DNA of 64,000 nt from Euprymna scolopes. Taxonomy: Eukaryota. The notes below the pieces were generated by a model. The model searched no databases. It was given only the letters and a program-made list of their open reading frames with translations, and was not told the DNA's origin. The stretch lies in NCBI GenBank assembly GCA_053919585.1, contig CM132784.1; one strand, 5' to 3'. This document shows, piece by piece, positions 37,150 to 51,005 of this stretch. Position numbers and translations under genes: made by a program. The stretch's first letter is position 1, and every line of letters begins with the position of its first letter.

Positions 37150-39920
37150 AATCTAAAGGTTGTAAGTTCAATTCCTGTACAGAGTAATGTTTCTCTTCAA
37201 TCTTTCACAAAACAAATTTAAATGAACAATAGAAATGGATGATTTCTTGGCAGGAGGGTTATACTATCATTGCGATGATGAATTACAACTTGTGTCCTAG
37301 CTGACGAATACAAAAGGCATGCTACCCCCTATGAATTAAAGGGTTGTTTGAAATTCTATGCAAATTCCATACATATGAGTGTAGCTAGTTGGGTGATTTT
37401 TATGAAAGTTTGGCAATGAGGGATGATTGTTTGGAGTTCAGTCAAGTACTTGCCAATAAAATGATAAAGCAGAGTTAGGCTTCCAACATCTCTTCTATGG
37501 GGGGAAAGAGGCATCACCTGTTTCAAAGCCGGTTTTGAACTCTATTAAAGCTGGATAGGGTGCAACAGTACTCCATTTTAGGGCGTACCTGGCTCTTCTA
37601 CAGATAAAGGATTGCATTGGCAGTGAGATGCCTTCTGGAACAGTAGTAATCCAACCAGTTTTCCAGTGATCTTGGCAACAGATTTGATGTTTATTTCAGA
37701 TAAGAAGCGAGTCTGTCCCAGAACTAAGACATGGAGCTTCCCCAAGAAGAGCCATTCATTTCAATTGGTGTAAAGGGGGTCAGTGATTATGAAACTTGGT
37801 TTTCAATGCATTAAAATTTAGCTGTCACTTTTTCCTCCCCTTGCACCATGGATGGAATTTTGAAGGACGCCAGTGTTAATACTGAGTTTGATTTCTGCTT
37901 AACTACTCTTATAATCTATATCGAAGAGAAAGGATTTAATTGAGGACATTTCCAGCTATTCCATAGCTGCCGATCTTGTGAAGTAGGCCTTTATGCCATA
38001 CTCTATCTTTGATGTCGAGCTATTGCTCTAGAAACTAAACCCCTGTTAACATTCACTTATCTTGTGTGTGATAACAATACATCAGCTATAGATCTGGCAG
38101 AACAGAAACCACGTTACTGAGTAGGTTATTTTTTGCCGAGATATTTGATCACTTCGGTTTCAGATTCCAGCAACTTGCTCATGATGCACGAGATTGGTTG
38201 AGCTGAGAGAGATGACTGATCTCCGGAATTTTTTTAATGCAGTGTAGACTGAAGTTTTCCATGGTGTTGGGAGCTGTTCTCCTTAAAGCAAGACTTAAAC
38301 AGCTTCGTAAGTATAGGAGCTAATTCTGGTTGAAGCTTTTTGAGCACTGACTGATTGCCATCGAAGCCAGTTGATTTACTGGAATCAAAGCTTTTAAGCT
38401 TGGCAACATCACCTACAGATATTTGTATGTTGCGTAAATGTTTTCAGATAGCGGAAATTAGAGGAGGTATGCGGCTCTTATTGCAAAGGGTAGAATTTGC
38501 TGCAAAGTTCTTGGCAAAGTCTTGCTGACAAAATTATTTCAGGTTCATTGATAATAGGGATAGGGGACACACTTCTATTCAGGATTCTGTTATTCGCCAA
38601 AACTGGTGGGAACCAAGCTGCTGATTAGCTACTTTAAACTTGATGTACTGAGACTACAAATCTGCACATTGGTTGCTGATAGTTCTAAGGGTTGCTTTGG
38701 TTTCACATGTATTCCGTTGGAAGCAACGGAAATAGATTTCTGGAGTGAGCCCTGGTTGGCTGTTTCCTGGAATTTATTGGAGTATCTGAAGCGGTCTATA
38801 CGACAATCATTCAATCGGGTTAGATACTATAGAACACTTTTTTTTTTTTTTCTTTTTTTTTTTTTTTCCCTTTAAATAAAGAATGCAGATTTATATCTGA
38901 TATAAATGTTCAGAAGTTATCCCAATCAGCCATAGTATCGATATACAGTATGATGGGAGGTACATCTGGAGACTTATTATATTTTGATTTTATCTTAACC
39001 GAGTGATCGGAAGATCCCAGTGTAGGAGGATGAACATAGTTCTGGCCAAATTGTAAAAAAAAAAGTCAAGGATTTGCATATTTTCTGAGTCTGGTATATG
39101 GGTAAGTTTATGAACAATGTGTTAGGTCCGTCATGTTTTCTTGATTTCCTATCTCCTCGGTCTTGTTTGAGTGGACTAGCCATTTAGCATTGAAGTCTTA
39201 GCTGAGAAATGGGTCGACAAATTGTGGCCAATTTTCTAATACTCTCCATGCTATGGAAGCGATAAAGGGCAAATATGAACACCATGCTGTGAGCAGCTTC
39301 TACTCTGAAGCACATATGGCAAACTAGGATCTTCTCTCCAGATGTCCCCCTACCACATGGAAAGCCATCTCCAATGTGGGCACATATTCCATGCCATGAC
39401 TATTTTGAGGGTTAGATTTTGATGTCAAGATTGAGTATCCTTTAATCGTGAACTCCTCTAGAGAAACAGTCTGTCGATTGCCAGTTTCACACAGGAGCAA
39501 TAGGTCAGGTTTAGTTTCCTGTAATTTGATTTCAACCTCTGGAAGGTTGGAATGTAGACCCTCTGATATTGAACTGGTAGGGGGGGGGTCTACATTGGGA
39601 TTCGGACTTCTGGGTTTAATATTTCTCATTGAGGATTGTGGTGTGGAAGAGGTCGGCGAGTTGTTATAGAGTAGAAATTAAAAAAAAAAAAATGAATGAT
39701 TTTTGCAATCATGTAGAGAAAAAGCGGTAATTACCCACTAATATGGCATCGAGAGGCCTCACTAGAAGATACTGTATGGTTCAGAATCCATTCACCAAAT
39801 GGCAATACAGCAGCTCCAGTATTTCCTATCTGTTGATGGGACAGCCTTCTTGGTGATTAATCCAAGGTACGGGTCTCTATCAGGTGGATAATATTTACCT
39901 CCAGCACCTTATTAGTGACA
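37150..39920 (-). mobile_element. Decayed CR1/L2-group LINE (APE endonuclease plus RT), antisense to the host gene
   Basis: Minus strand GLHSNL...KPDLLLLCET (APE N-terminus), KSTGFDGN...ELAPILTKLF and ALDIK..F.KIW-like RT remnants; boundaries approximate. Confidence 0.75.
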
Positions 39921-40239
39921 TGGTCAAAAAGATAGATTGTAAGAGAAAATAACATCTGCTCAGAAAAACATTTCGTGTTTGCAAATAAGGTCAACTTTTA
40001 TTGTTCCCAACCTATTATCATAAATTCTTAATTCAGATTGATTTCCATTCTTGTCACTTATTTATTTTCTCCAAATATTTAACTGGTCTTGATTGTTACA
40101 GAAATTTCATTTGTATCTTTGGTTTATGCAAACTGCATAGCTAAACTAGCTAATGTACTCTATTGTAGGTCCCCAATCAGTTACACTTGCAAAGACTAGT
40201 AATTTGAAGGTATTAGAGCATGCAAGTAACTTATGTAGT

Positions 40240-40700
40240 GAAGAGATCTTAATCGGGTTAGGGTTGTATGCAAAGATGGGGGGTTGATACGCTTATCGGT
40301 GCACCTTTTTAAAATAAAAGGCATGCAACATGGCAGCATTGAGACGGACTGGAGTTTGTTGGTGTAGGACTCTTGTCCAAGAAAAGGCTAATGGTTGATG
40401 TACCAACTCTGATGCGACAACAATGCTCCATGCATGGGTGAATGACTTTGTAGAAACAGGATACTTGCAGGTGTGAGAATTTTCTTACTCTGGATAAAAC
40501 CCCTTCCTTACAGTCTTGGTATTGTAAATGTATTTGCTTCAATTTTTTTTATCTGATGTGTGGCTAAATAGTTTAAATGAGCTCTTGGGTAGGTTGCTAT
40601 GGCAATGGATCGTTAAGTTTTAAATAAAAACTTAAAATATCGGAAGAAAAAAAACATTGTAGGGGAATCGACACTGGTTGAGTGCTAATACAAACTGGAG
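40240..40700 (-). mobile_element. CR1/L2-group LINE 3' fragment
   Basis: YKVIHPCMEHCCRI motif, similar to the element at 1840-3140. Confidence 0.55.
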
Positions 40701-41190
40701 GTCACTTTCTAAAGATGTTTATTTTTCCCACACGTCTGAAATAGGTATATTTGCTTATAATGCCACACTCTCAGTCTGACAGTTAAGTGGTTAACAGACT
40801 GAAAGCCTACATGTTTGAATCCAATTCATTCCATCAAAATGCTTTAAAACCTACACCTGGTCACATCTCACCTGGAGAAGAGATAAATAAAATAAGGTTG
40901 ACAAATTAGGAACAAGGATGTTGCTTTCTGTTAAAATGTCTACAAAATGAAAGAATTGCTTTTTCTCTGCAAATAAAACATGTACTGTAGATTAATTCCA
41001 TTTTAGTTATAGAAATATTAACAAAGATTATCTAAAAATTAACCCTAACCTCACTCCTAAAATGAAAATTCGTGTGCATGAGTTTGCATATATGATTATT
41101 GAAATGAGCCAGAAACATGTGCATTCCCTTTCAATATAAACTGACTTTTCTAACCTTGTGATTTGTTGATTTTTCTTTTCCTTTTGTCAG

Positions 41191-41351
41191 GTTTGCCCAT
41201 TTGTGTTGGTCAATATTAGAAGATAAGAGCATTCCAGATGAGAGATTTGCCTGGGGCTTTCTACCCAGTTTGCTCAATTTAGCCAATGATAGTATCCCAA
41301 ATGTCAGGATCACTTCAAGTAAAACATTATCCCAGTGCGTCCTGTCTGTTG
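41191..41351 (+). CDS. PPP4R1: PPP4R1 exon: FAHLCWSILEDKSIPDERFAWGFLPSLLNLANDSIPNVRITSSKTLSQCVLSV
   Basis: gtcag/gtaagg; LL.LAND..PNVR motif; phase 2 to 1. Confidence 0.95.
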
Positions 41352-41730
41352 GTAAGGCCATGTTCCATTTCCTTCACCACGCACTTTATCTTGACTAAAC
41401 CCCATGACCAGGTTAAAAAATCTATAAGGCATTTTATTTATATTTTATAATATATTTATAATACATGCATGATTGTATGCACTTTGCTATATTATGCTTG
41501 TTCCTAATCTATATTGCTAAACAATTTTTTTAATTTGCCAGATTTAATGAAGTTTTTTTTTTTAGATAGAAAATATTGCAAACATGGATAAAAAATAAAC
41601 TTCATGAAATTTTTCTTTTACAAAAGATTTTGTAGAAGCATTTCAGTTTATCCTTACAGAACTTAAAGAAACTTGTGTAGTTGATCTTGTTTAAGTTAGC
41701 TATAGATATTAACCAAGCTATGTTAATGTT

Positions 41731-41775
<45 letters not shown>

Positions 41776-41776
<1 letters not shown>

Positions 41777-41933
41777 TTATTTTGTGTCTCACCAAAACCC
41801 ATATTATGAAAAACTTGTCGAAACTATGCTTAAACTGCAAGTTGATAAAGATAAAGACGTCCGTTACTTCTCTGCGATGGCACCAAACAAATTCCAAACA
41901 GACTGTCAAGATGAAAATGACTGCCAGGATACG
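41776..41933 (+). CDS. PPP4R1: PPP4R1 penultimate exon: (D)YFVSHQNPYYEKLVETMLKLQVDKDKDVRYFSAM...CQDT
   Basis: Poly(T)-aaag/gtaagt; LQ.D.D.DV.YF terminal HEAT motif; phase 1 to 0. Confidence 0.93.
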
Positions 41934-42300
41934 GTAAGTTTATTTCAGTACTGCGTCTTTTATGTGTTGATGTCAGATGGAATTTCGATGAAGTTTCTAA
42001 CGCCTCCCCCTTACCATAGCATCGATTTCCTACAGACAACAATGTTGTCACTTGTCATAAATTATCCTCATAATTAAATGTTCCTTTCATTCATAAAATT
42101 CAAGGTAGATCTTAACTGCACACGCGTAAAAGGGTTCATATTCTTTCAGCTAGAGCTTTATAACAATTAAAATGTACCCCCCCCCTCCTTTTTAAATTGT
42201 TAGATTGTCTTTTGACTTAACATGCTATGAAAAATGTTAAAACTGTAGTAACAATCGGATTTTAGAAAGTTTCCTAAAATTAAGATATTAAGTTATACTT

Positions 42301-42346
42301 AAAGCATCTTTTTATTGTAAAAGCATCTTTTTATTGTAAAAGCATC
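42301..42346. repeat. 19-bp tandem repeat, about 2.4 copies (aaagcatctttttattgta)
   Basis: Direct observation. Confidence 0.85.
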
Positions 42347-42699
42347 ACATTTAGATAAGAATTTAGTCTTCATTCTTTTAAGTTGCATAGTTTTCTATCA
42401 AATGCACCTACATTAACACCTTTGTTCCTTTTAATTATTTGCACGACTAAGGCATGTTCTGCAAAAACAGCCCCTTCCCCTTCCTTCACCCCCATTTCCT
42501 TACTAGTTCCCTAACTTAAAACATTCCGACCAATAATACAACCATTTTCCTTTGTAAAACTCAATTATGTTCTGCAAGGCCGAGAACACCAAACCAAGCA
42601 TTATGATTAGGAAAGGAAATAAAAACAAAACTCAAATCCAAGAATGTTTATTTGAAGAAACAACTTGAAGCATAGTGTTTCCAGTTGACCAGATTTCAC

Positions 42700-43787
42700 T
42701 AGACTTCATTGGTAGGGCATGCCGACTGCCCCCCTGCAGAGAGAAGTCCCTCAATGGGACTACCTGTTGGGCATAGGTAGTAACCCCTAATGTCTTAGGA
42801 CAGAATGCTGGTGGTTGAGCCGTCCATGACTTGGGGGGGAATTATGGCCCTGCAACATACCACTTCGACCTTTACCTTGACTAGAGGGAGGTTGGAGAGG
42901 CCCGATCTGATCAATCGACTAGTCATGCCAAGCCCTAACCCTTACACTGGCAAATGTTGATTACAACATCCAAAAAAAAAAAAAAAATCTAATATCTTAC
43001 TCTCACTACAAATACAGGCAAACCAAGTAAATGTTAGAAGGGCGGTGACAAAGGTCAGGCAATTGCTGAGATAAAACCACGACTGCTCCCTACCCAATGT
43101 TTCTATTAAACTTGGAAAATGAAACTAAAGGAAGAATCGGGAAACGATGGCACAAACTCAACCGGTTATCTTTTTTGTATCCTTAGGATGAAAGGGCGAA
43201 TAGGCCCCCAACATCTTCCACATTTGGGCTCCAAGGAGAGTGGGGAGCAAGAGATGAAAAACTAATCACTTATACATGGATCTAATAATTAAAAACCCCA
43301 GAAAAACCAAAAGAATTTGCTGACATTTCAGATGTCACCAGCTCAAACAGCAAGAATTCAATCTTGAACATATTGAAACCTTGGAACGAAAAAAGATCAG
43401 TGATCTGTCTCCATTCCTAATTGAAAAGGTATTAACTCAAAACATCAATCCTAAAACAGTTAAAAAAATGAAAAATGACAACCTACTTGTTACAATTAGA
43501 AAGATGCAAAAAACCTTAGGAATAGAAAAATTCTATATTTATAAATGCAGAACTTTTTCCCACGACAGGTTAAACATTTCAAAAGGCGTCGTAAGCCATG
43601 AACTTTCTTTGACTATGACAGAAATCAAAAATGCTCTAAGAAAACAAGGAGTAATTGATCATGTCCGAATCAACATAAAAAGGAATGTCAATCCATACCT
43701 ACAATGTATATACTAGCATTTAATACTCCTAAAATTCCAGAAGTCCTGGTGCAACCAGATCAGGCTGTCGGAAAATGACTCCTGACA
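42700..43787 (+). mobile_element. I/Nimb-like LINE 5' fragment: 5'UTR plus N-terminal ORF1 (gag-like)
   Basis: ORF 43381-43716 LSPFLIEK...TVKKMKNDNLLV...NISKGVV followed by YILAFNTPKIP, typical of ORF1 in this group. Confidence 0.75.
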
Positions 43788-44049
43788 CAAATGCACCTAC
43801 ATTAACACATTTGTTTTTTTCCTTGCTTTTTGTACAACTAAAGCATGTTCTGCAAAGCCCAAAACAAAAACAGCCCCCCCACCCCTCCCATTTTTTTTTT
43901 TTTTTTTTGTCATTCCACTCCTACTTCCCTACTTGTTTCATAACTTAAAAAATACCAACCAAAATAATAAAAACAACCAAGCTAAAATCCATGAATAAAT
44001 ATTTATAGAAAAAAACAACTGGAGATATAGTTTTTCCAATCAGATTCTA

Positions 44050-45880
44050 CTAGACCCCGTCGGCAGGGCATCAGAATGTGCTGACTGTCCTCCTCCCATG
44101 CAGAGTGTAGGGGGTCCCTCAATGGGGCTACCTGTTGGCTGTAGCTAGCGAACCGTAATACCATTAGGTCGGGATCCTGGTGGTTAAGAGACTTGGAGGT
44201 CGGGTTTTAGTACCCCCACTTCCCTTACTAGGCTAGACGGGCCGGGCCGTCGGAAGGATCCAACCGATCAATTGGCTGGTCACGTCAAGCCCCACCATAT
44301 ATTACCCATCCCATAAACCTACCATTAACACATCATACCTATCCCTTCCCCACAAATAACATCTACTTCCTAATATATGGTGGAAAGTAGTAGCTGAGGG
44401 TCAATCAACTAAGTGAAAATATGACATAGCTGCAAACCTTTTAAATTACTACATATCCCATAGTAACATCAAAGGAAGATAGGTGCTCGTGAAAGATATC
44501 ACTAAAATAGAGTATATCATCTTTGTTGAGCCTGGCCGCCTAAACAAAATAGGAACACTGGAGGAGATGGAGGTAGAAGACAAAACGCCCCTTGTCAAAT
44601 AAAATGACAGAACACAAAAACTCAAAAGTTAATCATTCAATGGAATTGCAGAGGTATTAAACCTAATTTTAACAAACTCCTTATACTTATTTCCCTATAC
44701 AACCCAGCAGTCATCTGTCTACAAGAAACATTTTTACAACACAATAAGCACCTAAAACAAAACTATGAACAGTATCATTATATCCATAATACAGGCTTAC
44801 GAACCAATGAAGGCACATCAATTCTAGTAAGAAACCACTGTCCAAACCAATCTTCAGGCAGTCCCAACTCGCGTCACGCTCAAAACTCTCACAATCTGTT
44901 CTCTATACTTTCCCCCGAATGAACTAATAATACTGAATTAGAAAACCTGATCAATTACCCTCACCTTTCATCCTTCTAGGATACTTTAACAGCCATAGCA
45001 TACGATGGGAATGCAAAACAATTAATTCCAAAGGAAACAAAATCGAACAATTTATAAACATGCCTTCTCAACCAAAAAGAACCCACCTACATAAACCCAA
45101 CAAATGGTACAACCAGTGCCAGTGATCCAAATACATGGAAACTTACGATGATCCCTGTGGAAGCAATCATTTTCCCATCATAATAGACTACAATAGTACT
45201 GTCCAAAACAACATACCAAGATGGAACAGAGCAGACTGGATTAAATTCAAACTATGCTAGCAACAATTAATAAACATAAAATCTAATCAATGGAAGACTT
45301 CACCCTAATCCTAATAGCTAAAGAATGCATCCCTAAAAATTGCCCTCCAAATAAGAACAAACCCTGGTTCAATCAAGAATGCAAAAAAAGCCATTAGAAA
45401 AAGGCAGCGCTAAGAGAATTCAAAAAGCAACCCATAACCAATAATCTCGTAGAATATAAACGACTCGGAGCAAAAGCACGTAAAACAATGAAGGAATCAA
45501 AACAAAATTGTTGGCAACAATTCATCAACTTCCACCAAACCCACAACTATCTGGAAAATGATTAGAAAAATCTCAGGGAAAGATAACTCCGCCCCAAACA
45601 AACACCTCCTCACTAAAAACAAAATAACTGAAAACAAAATAACTGAAAACAAAGATATAGCTGATACACTGGCAAAAACTTTCGCTGACAATTCATCATT
45701 GAAACGATACAAAAAACAATTTCAAATGAAAGAAAAATCAGGAAAAATATTTTCGAAAAATCTACGACTCCAAGAACCCTACGAGATCTTCTCACTAGAC
45801 GAACTTTAAAGATGCCATAGAAAAATCCCACAACTCGGCAGTGGGACCAGATGAGATCCACTAGTTTCCTAAAAAAAAAA
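44050..45880 (+). mobile_element. I/Nimb-like LINE fragment A1: 5'UTR, ORF1 tail, APE endonuclease and linker
   Basis: IIQWNCRGI, ICLQET, GSNHFPII, PWFNQEC, WKMIRKISGK and SAVGPDEIH, all frameshifted. Confidence 0.8.
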
Positions 45881-46851
45881 AATATACCTCCTGAAATGGA
45901 GAAACTATCTATCAAAAATAAATACAAATGTAAAAAGGTCTGGGACATGATCCAAAAATTTCAGGGAAAAGTAACAGCAACCTGACCTATAATAAACAAA
46001 AAAAATACTAGCAAGAAAGAAATGGTAAATTGTCTTGCTGAAACTTTTGCAAAAAACCTCCTCCAAAAATTCCAAATTAAGGAAAAAGTAGAAAAGGAAA
46101 AACTCTAGTTTCAGACAAATAATACAGAAAAATACAACCAGCCATTCTCTAAAAATGAATTGAAAGTATCCCTAAGCAAAGCTCATGACTCTGCTGTGGT
46201 CCTGATCAAATCCACTATCAATTTATAAAATTTCCTGATACATCTACAGATTACCTACTACAAATATTTAATATTTGGGAAAGTGGCAATGTTCTTGAAA
46301 TATGGAGGCAGGCCATAGTAATCCCTATACCTAAATCATCAAAGAACTCTCCAAATCCCATGAATTACTGACCTATAGCACTCGCTAGCTGTATTTCTAA
46401 AATTATGGAAAGAATGATTAACAGCAGATTAGTATGGTACCTTGAGACAAATAATCTGATTACAGATTATCAGTCAGGATTTAGGAACAAAAGAAGCCCT
46501 GTGGACCATCTTATTGGGCTAGAAACCTTCATCAGTGAAGCCTTTATCAATAAAGAACATTTAACAGCAGTCTTTTTCGATATTGAAAAAGCATACGACT
46601 CCGCATGGAGGCATGGCATAAAAGATTTACAAGAGCTAGGATTAAAAGGCAGAATGCCCATTTTCATCACACAATTTTATGATGTACAATTAAGTGATAC
46701 CCTATCCATCAGTAAAAAAAAAAACGGTGGTGGGGTACCACAAGGAAGCATCCTGTCTGTTAAATTTTTTAGCATTAAAATAAATAGCATCGTTAAAAAT
46801 ATAAATGCAGGAACAGAATGTGCCCTCTGGATGATTTGCTGATCTGCTATA

Positions 46852-47577
46852 GGGTTATTCCAGCCCAATTCATCCAGCCCCGACACACCCCCTCTTGGAT
46901 TTTTTTCATATTTACACCATACAAACTTTGGGTTAAAACTAAGAGAAATCTGCAATTTCAGCCCAGTTGGATTTCAGGAACATATTTTTTTTCAGTTGGT
47001 TTCGGCCTGGAAATCAAAAATTGCTATCTCATGACGTAGAATTTTCGACCCCCGGCGTTTTACAAAATTTGCATTTTTGTTGCAAAAAATAAAGCTCTGG
47101 AGCTAAATATTCACACATATAAGGTTTTGAGGGCAAGGAATCCAAAAATCATGGTTAGAAAGATGGCAAATGAGAGGAAGTACCTTATTTTTACCATTTT
47201 AGGTGGTGCCGCAGCACTTTTTTAGAGCTTGTTTGGGGCGATATTTTATTGAGAAAAAAACATAACTGTGGTGCTTTGCCAGACTTCTCCTTTGGATTTT
47301 TAAAGTGACAATGGGTTGGAAATTACAAAAATCAAATAAAACCTTTCGGCATATTTGACATTTCCAGACACTAAAGCCTCAAAATTGGCATTTTTATAAA
47401 AATTTAAGGATTTTTTGGTGAATTTGGCAACAATCTAATCTTAAGTTATGATCAATATCTAGAGCTGAAAAAAGACTTGGATCGACCCATTATAGCCCAT
47501 TTTCATAATATAATGTCAAATTACATCATATAAAAGGATATGGACCCCTACTTCACAGTCAAAATGGACAAAAAATA
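46852..47577 (+). repeat. Left TIR (~726 bp)
   Basis: Reverse complement of 53754-54482 with only a few differences seen by eye. Confidence 0.95.
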
Positions 47578-50500
47578 CCCATACCCTCAGATTTGGCTGT
47601 AATTTGCTGTGCAGATAGACAATATAGAAACTAAGAAATCCTGAAAATTTGAGCATCTAATTCCAAGCGGTTTCCGATTTAGAGCATTTTTTGTTTTCGT
47701 TTTTGCTGCATAATGTGGCGCCCGGGATAAATTTTGTGATGTCATTTCTTTGAATATTTTCTGATTGAAAGATCCTATGGCTCTGAAAATTTGCACAGGT
47801 AAGTATTTTGACCCAAGGAATCCAAAAATGGCATCAGATTTGCTAAAAAGTGAATCCTTATAGAGATATTAAGGGTTTTTGGATTTTTTACCCACATGCC
47901 CCAAAATCCAATAAAAAAGGGTGTGGCTGATATGGTAATGCATTTTTTTTTTCATATATTTTTTCTAGACACAAATTACCGCTGGACCAAAAATGTTAAA
48001 AAGTTCTTGTTCCGTTCACTCACAGTTTCTGTTGAAAGTCAGGTCTATTTTCGATGATAGTGAAAAATATTCCCTTCCCTATTAGATGTAATAATTAATT
48101 TAGACATTTGCTAAACTGACATCATACCTTAATTTTGGAATAAATTTGCAAGTAAGCCAGATACTAAAAAGTTCTGATAACAATTTCAACAATTTCACAG
48201 GCCTACAGTCTTCAAAATTAATTGATAAGGGTTGAAAACACCAAGTTATGATAAAAGTATGCTATTTTTTTAATAAGAAACTAGTAATAGGATGGTAAAA
48301 ATCTTAAACTTTTAGTACTATCTCAATCCAACAATTTTTATTAGAAAACTTCTTCAGAAACATTTTAACCCTCAAAATACCACAGTATTTTGATCCAACT
48401 TTTAAAACTTTCGTCTATATCTTTCTGAAAATGCGATTTTTTGCTCAGATCTTCCAGCTTCCTGAATATTTTTAACCTATCATATAGTGTCAAAAAATCA
48501 TAAATTTACAAAATAATTTTTTTCAGGGATGTCCTTGAGAGTAACCCCTATAAAATTCTTAAGAAATTCCAAAATAATAAAAGTGACCTGATCTAAATGA
48601 AATGATCTAAATTATTAGCCTAATTTCCAATTTCAAAAACGATTCTGAAAAAAAAATGTTAAACTTTTCCATAGCTGGTACTAAAAGATAAAATGAGGAA
48701 TATTTATTTTTAAGCTACCAGTACAAATAAAACCTAATAACAGATATATGATGTGGATTTATTTTAGCTGTGTAGGAAAAAACAACAACCATAAAACATG
48801 ACCTTTTGATTTCTATCCAGTCCTTCAGCATTGACAAATCTAACAAGAAGGTGCTAAAAGGTCTTAACTTTGGTTTTTAAGCTGCTGGCTATTTATTGGT
48901 TGAGGCTGCTCCCTGTTTACTGGTTTGTAAAACCAAATTCTCAATATATAACAGGGGGATGGGTGAAGATAAAAAGCAATAAAAATTAATTTTACTGAAA
49001 CCGTTTTGCCAGTTGAGTTTGTCTTGGAACTGACAAGACCCACAAATACAGACTAGAAGATTGAAATTTCGTCAGTCACCATAAAAATGTAAGTTATATT
49101 TTAATCTAAATGTAGAATTTAAGTAGATATTTTTTACTATATAAAACTACTATTTATATTATTATTATTATTATTATTAATAATTTATTTTAAAATAAGT
49201 TTTCAGTAAAATTCTCTCTCATAAACAAGAGTGGTATTCTAACATTTTATTTTAAAAGATTACACATGAACACACTGAAAAAACTTGACAAAGAAATATA
49301 TCAATTCTTTTAGAATTTATTCACATGTAAATTTAATTTAAAATAAGCCCTGTATTTCTTAGTTATTTAAGTATTTTCGGATAGTTAATAAAATAAATTT
49401 GGTATGTATGCAGAATATAAGCCGTGCTGAAATAATGTTATTTAGAAATTCATTTTTTTTTTTTAAATGAGGAGGAGATGACATTTTATAACTTTTCTTC
49501 TTCCACCTAACAATTAAATAAACAAAAATGTTGTAAATTAAACTTGATCTTATCAAAAAATATCATGTTCCGCATTCTGCATGAGCACCAATAAATTTGT
49601 TATCGGAAATAAATTCTGGGCATTTTTGAGAATTATTCATTTATTTTGCAAGATGTGGCTTAAAGATTCCACTGGAATAAAAATCAAGCTACATTGCATC
49701 CATTCATCTGCTACTATAGAAATATAAGTGACCGTGAGCATATTAATTTGTAATAATATCTGGAAAAAAAATTGTTAATTGCTTTAAAAGTAAGAATGGT
49801 CATGGTATGGGAAATCAATTTTATGTTAAATTTAAATGCAAAACTCATCTCTCAATCTGCATGCTAAAATAATTATTGTTTTGGTTATGAAGGTCAGGTT
49901 ATTATAATTTTTTATAAGTTTCCCATTAGTTTTTGATTTTGATGGTGATTAAAGCCTAAAGTTATTCTCCAAAACACATGTATTTTTACAAAAAAAAAAG
50001 TTATAATGAAAATGTTTACGAAAATTCTAAAACTTTGAAATTTAGCTATATTTTTGATTTTTCATATCTTTCTTCATAACTTTTTTTTCATGTGTGAAAA
50101 TACATTTTTTTTTCTTTTGAAGATTATTTTAGACTTTAATCTTTCGAACACAATCAAAAACTACTCGGAGGCTTATAAAAGAAATTATGATAAGCCGGCT
50201 GTCATAACTGCACCCCATCAGTTTTTAGCGGCTAGGACGCATTTTGTCAACTTTGCCGTTTGTTTTGTCTTTCCGCGAAAGATAAGCGAACACAATAAAA
50301 ATGCCAGAATTATATTCACTAAATTAACTATTAAAAACCCTGTTACATCCACATCGCATATACTTTTTATCTTTTGTTAATTTTATTAAATTTCATTATT
50401 CGTATTACCATCAGGACTTAAGGTTAGGAGGAAAGGGACGTGGTTTTACTGATTTTATGAAGTTTTATCAGTAACATTAACATGGCCAAGATTAAACAAA

Positions 50501-51005
50501 CTTGGTAAGATGTTCTTTTTCACATCTTTTGCCTTGTCATAGAGGACAAAAGCATAAAATAAATAAATTATAAAAAAGGCACGTTTTATATTCTACGTTT
50601 GATTTAATTGACAATAAAGTTGATATTATTTTTCTTGAAAACCATTTTTTTTATAAACTTGTAAATAAACTGCATTTTCTAAAGGTTAAGAACGAATTTT
50701 CATGAAGTTTCAATTTCTGTTTTGTTTATTTTATGCAAGTAAATTAAATTTACACCTTATTTTGATGTTATTATGATCTAAAGTTTATTTTTACTAATAG
50801 TTTAAAAACAATAAATATTTATCAGTACCAGCAGTGGAAAATTAAGTTTAAAATGATATTAAAAGAATTGTTTTTGGAATCAGAAATTAGGTTAAAATTT
50901 TTCTGATTCCAATATCTCAAAAAGTTCTGATTCAGTTGAGTATTGCATATTCTGCTCATTGTGAATTATTATTTCACATCTTTCTTCCAGAGCAATAAAT
51001 TAAGA

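Noticed and set aside
46818-47039. Matching ORFs at 46818 (+) and 54298 (-) suggesting a duplicated small gene
   Set aside because: They are translations of the two TIRs
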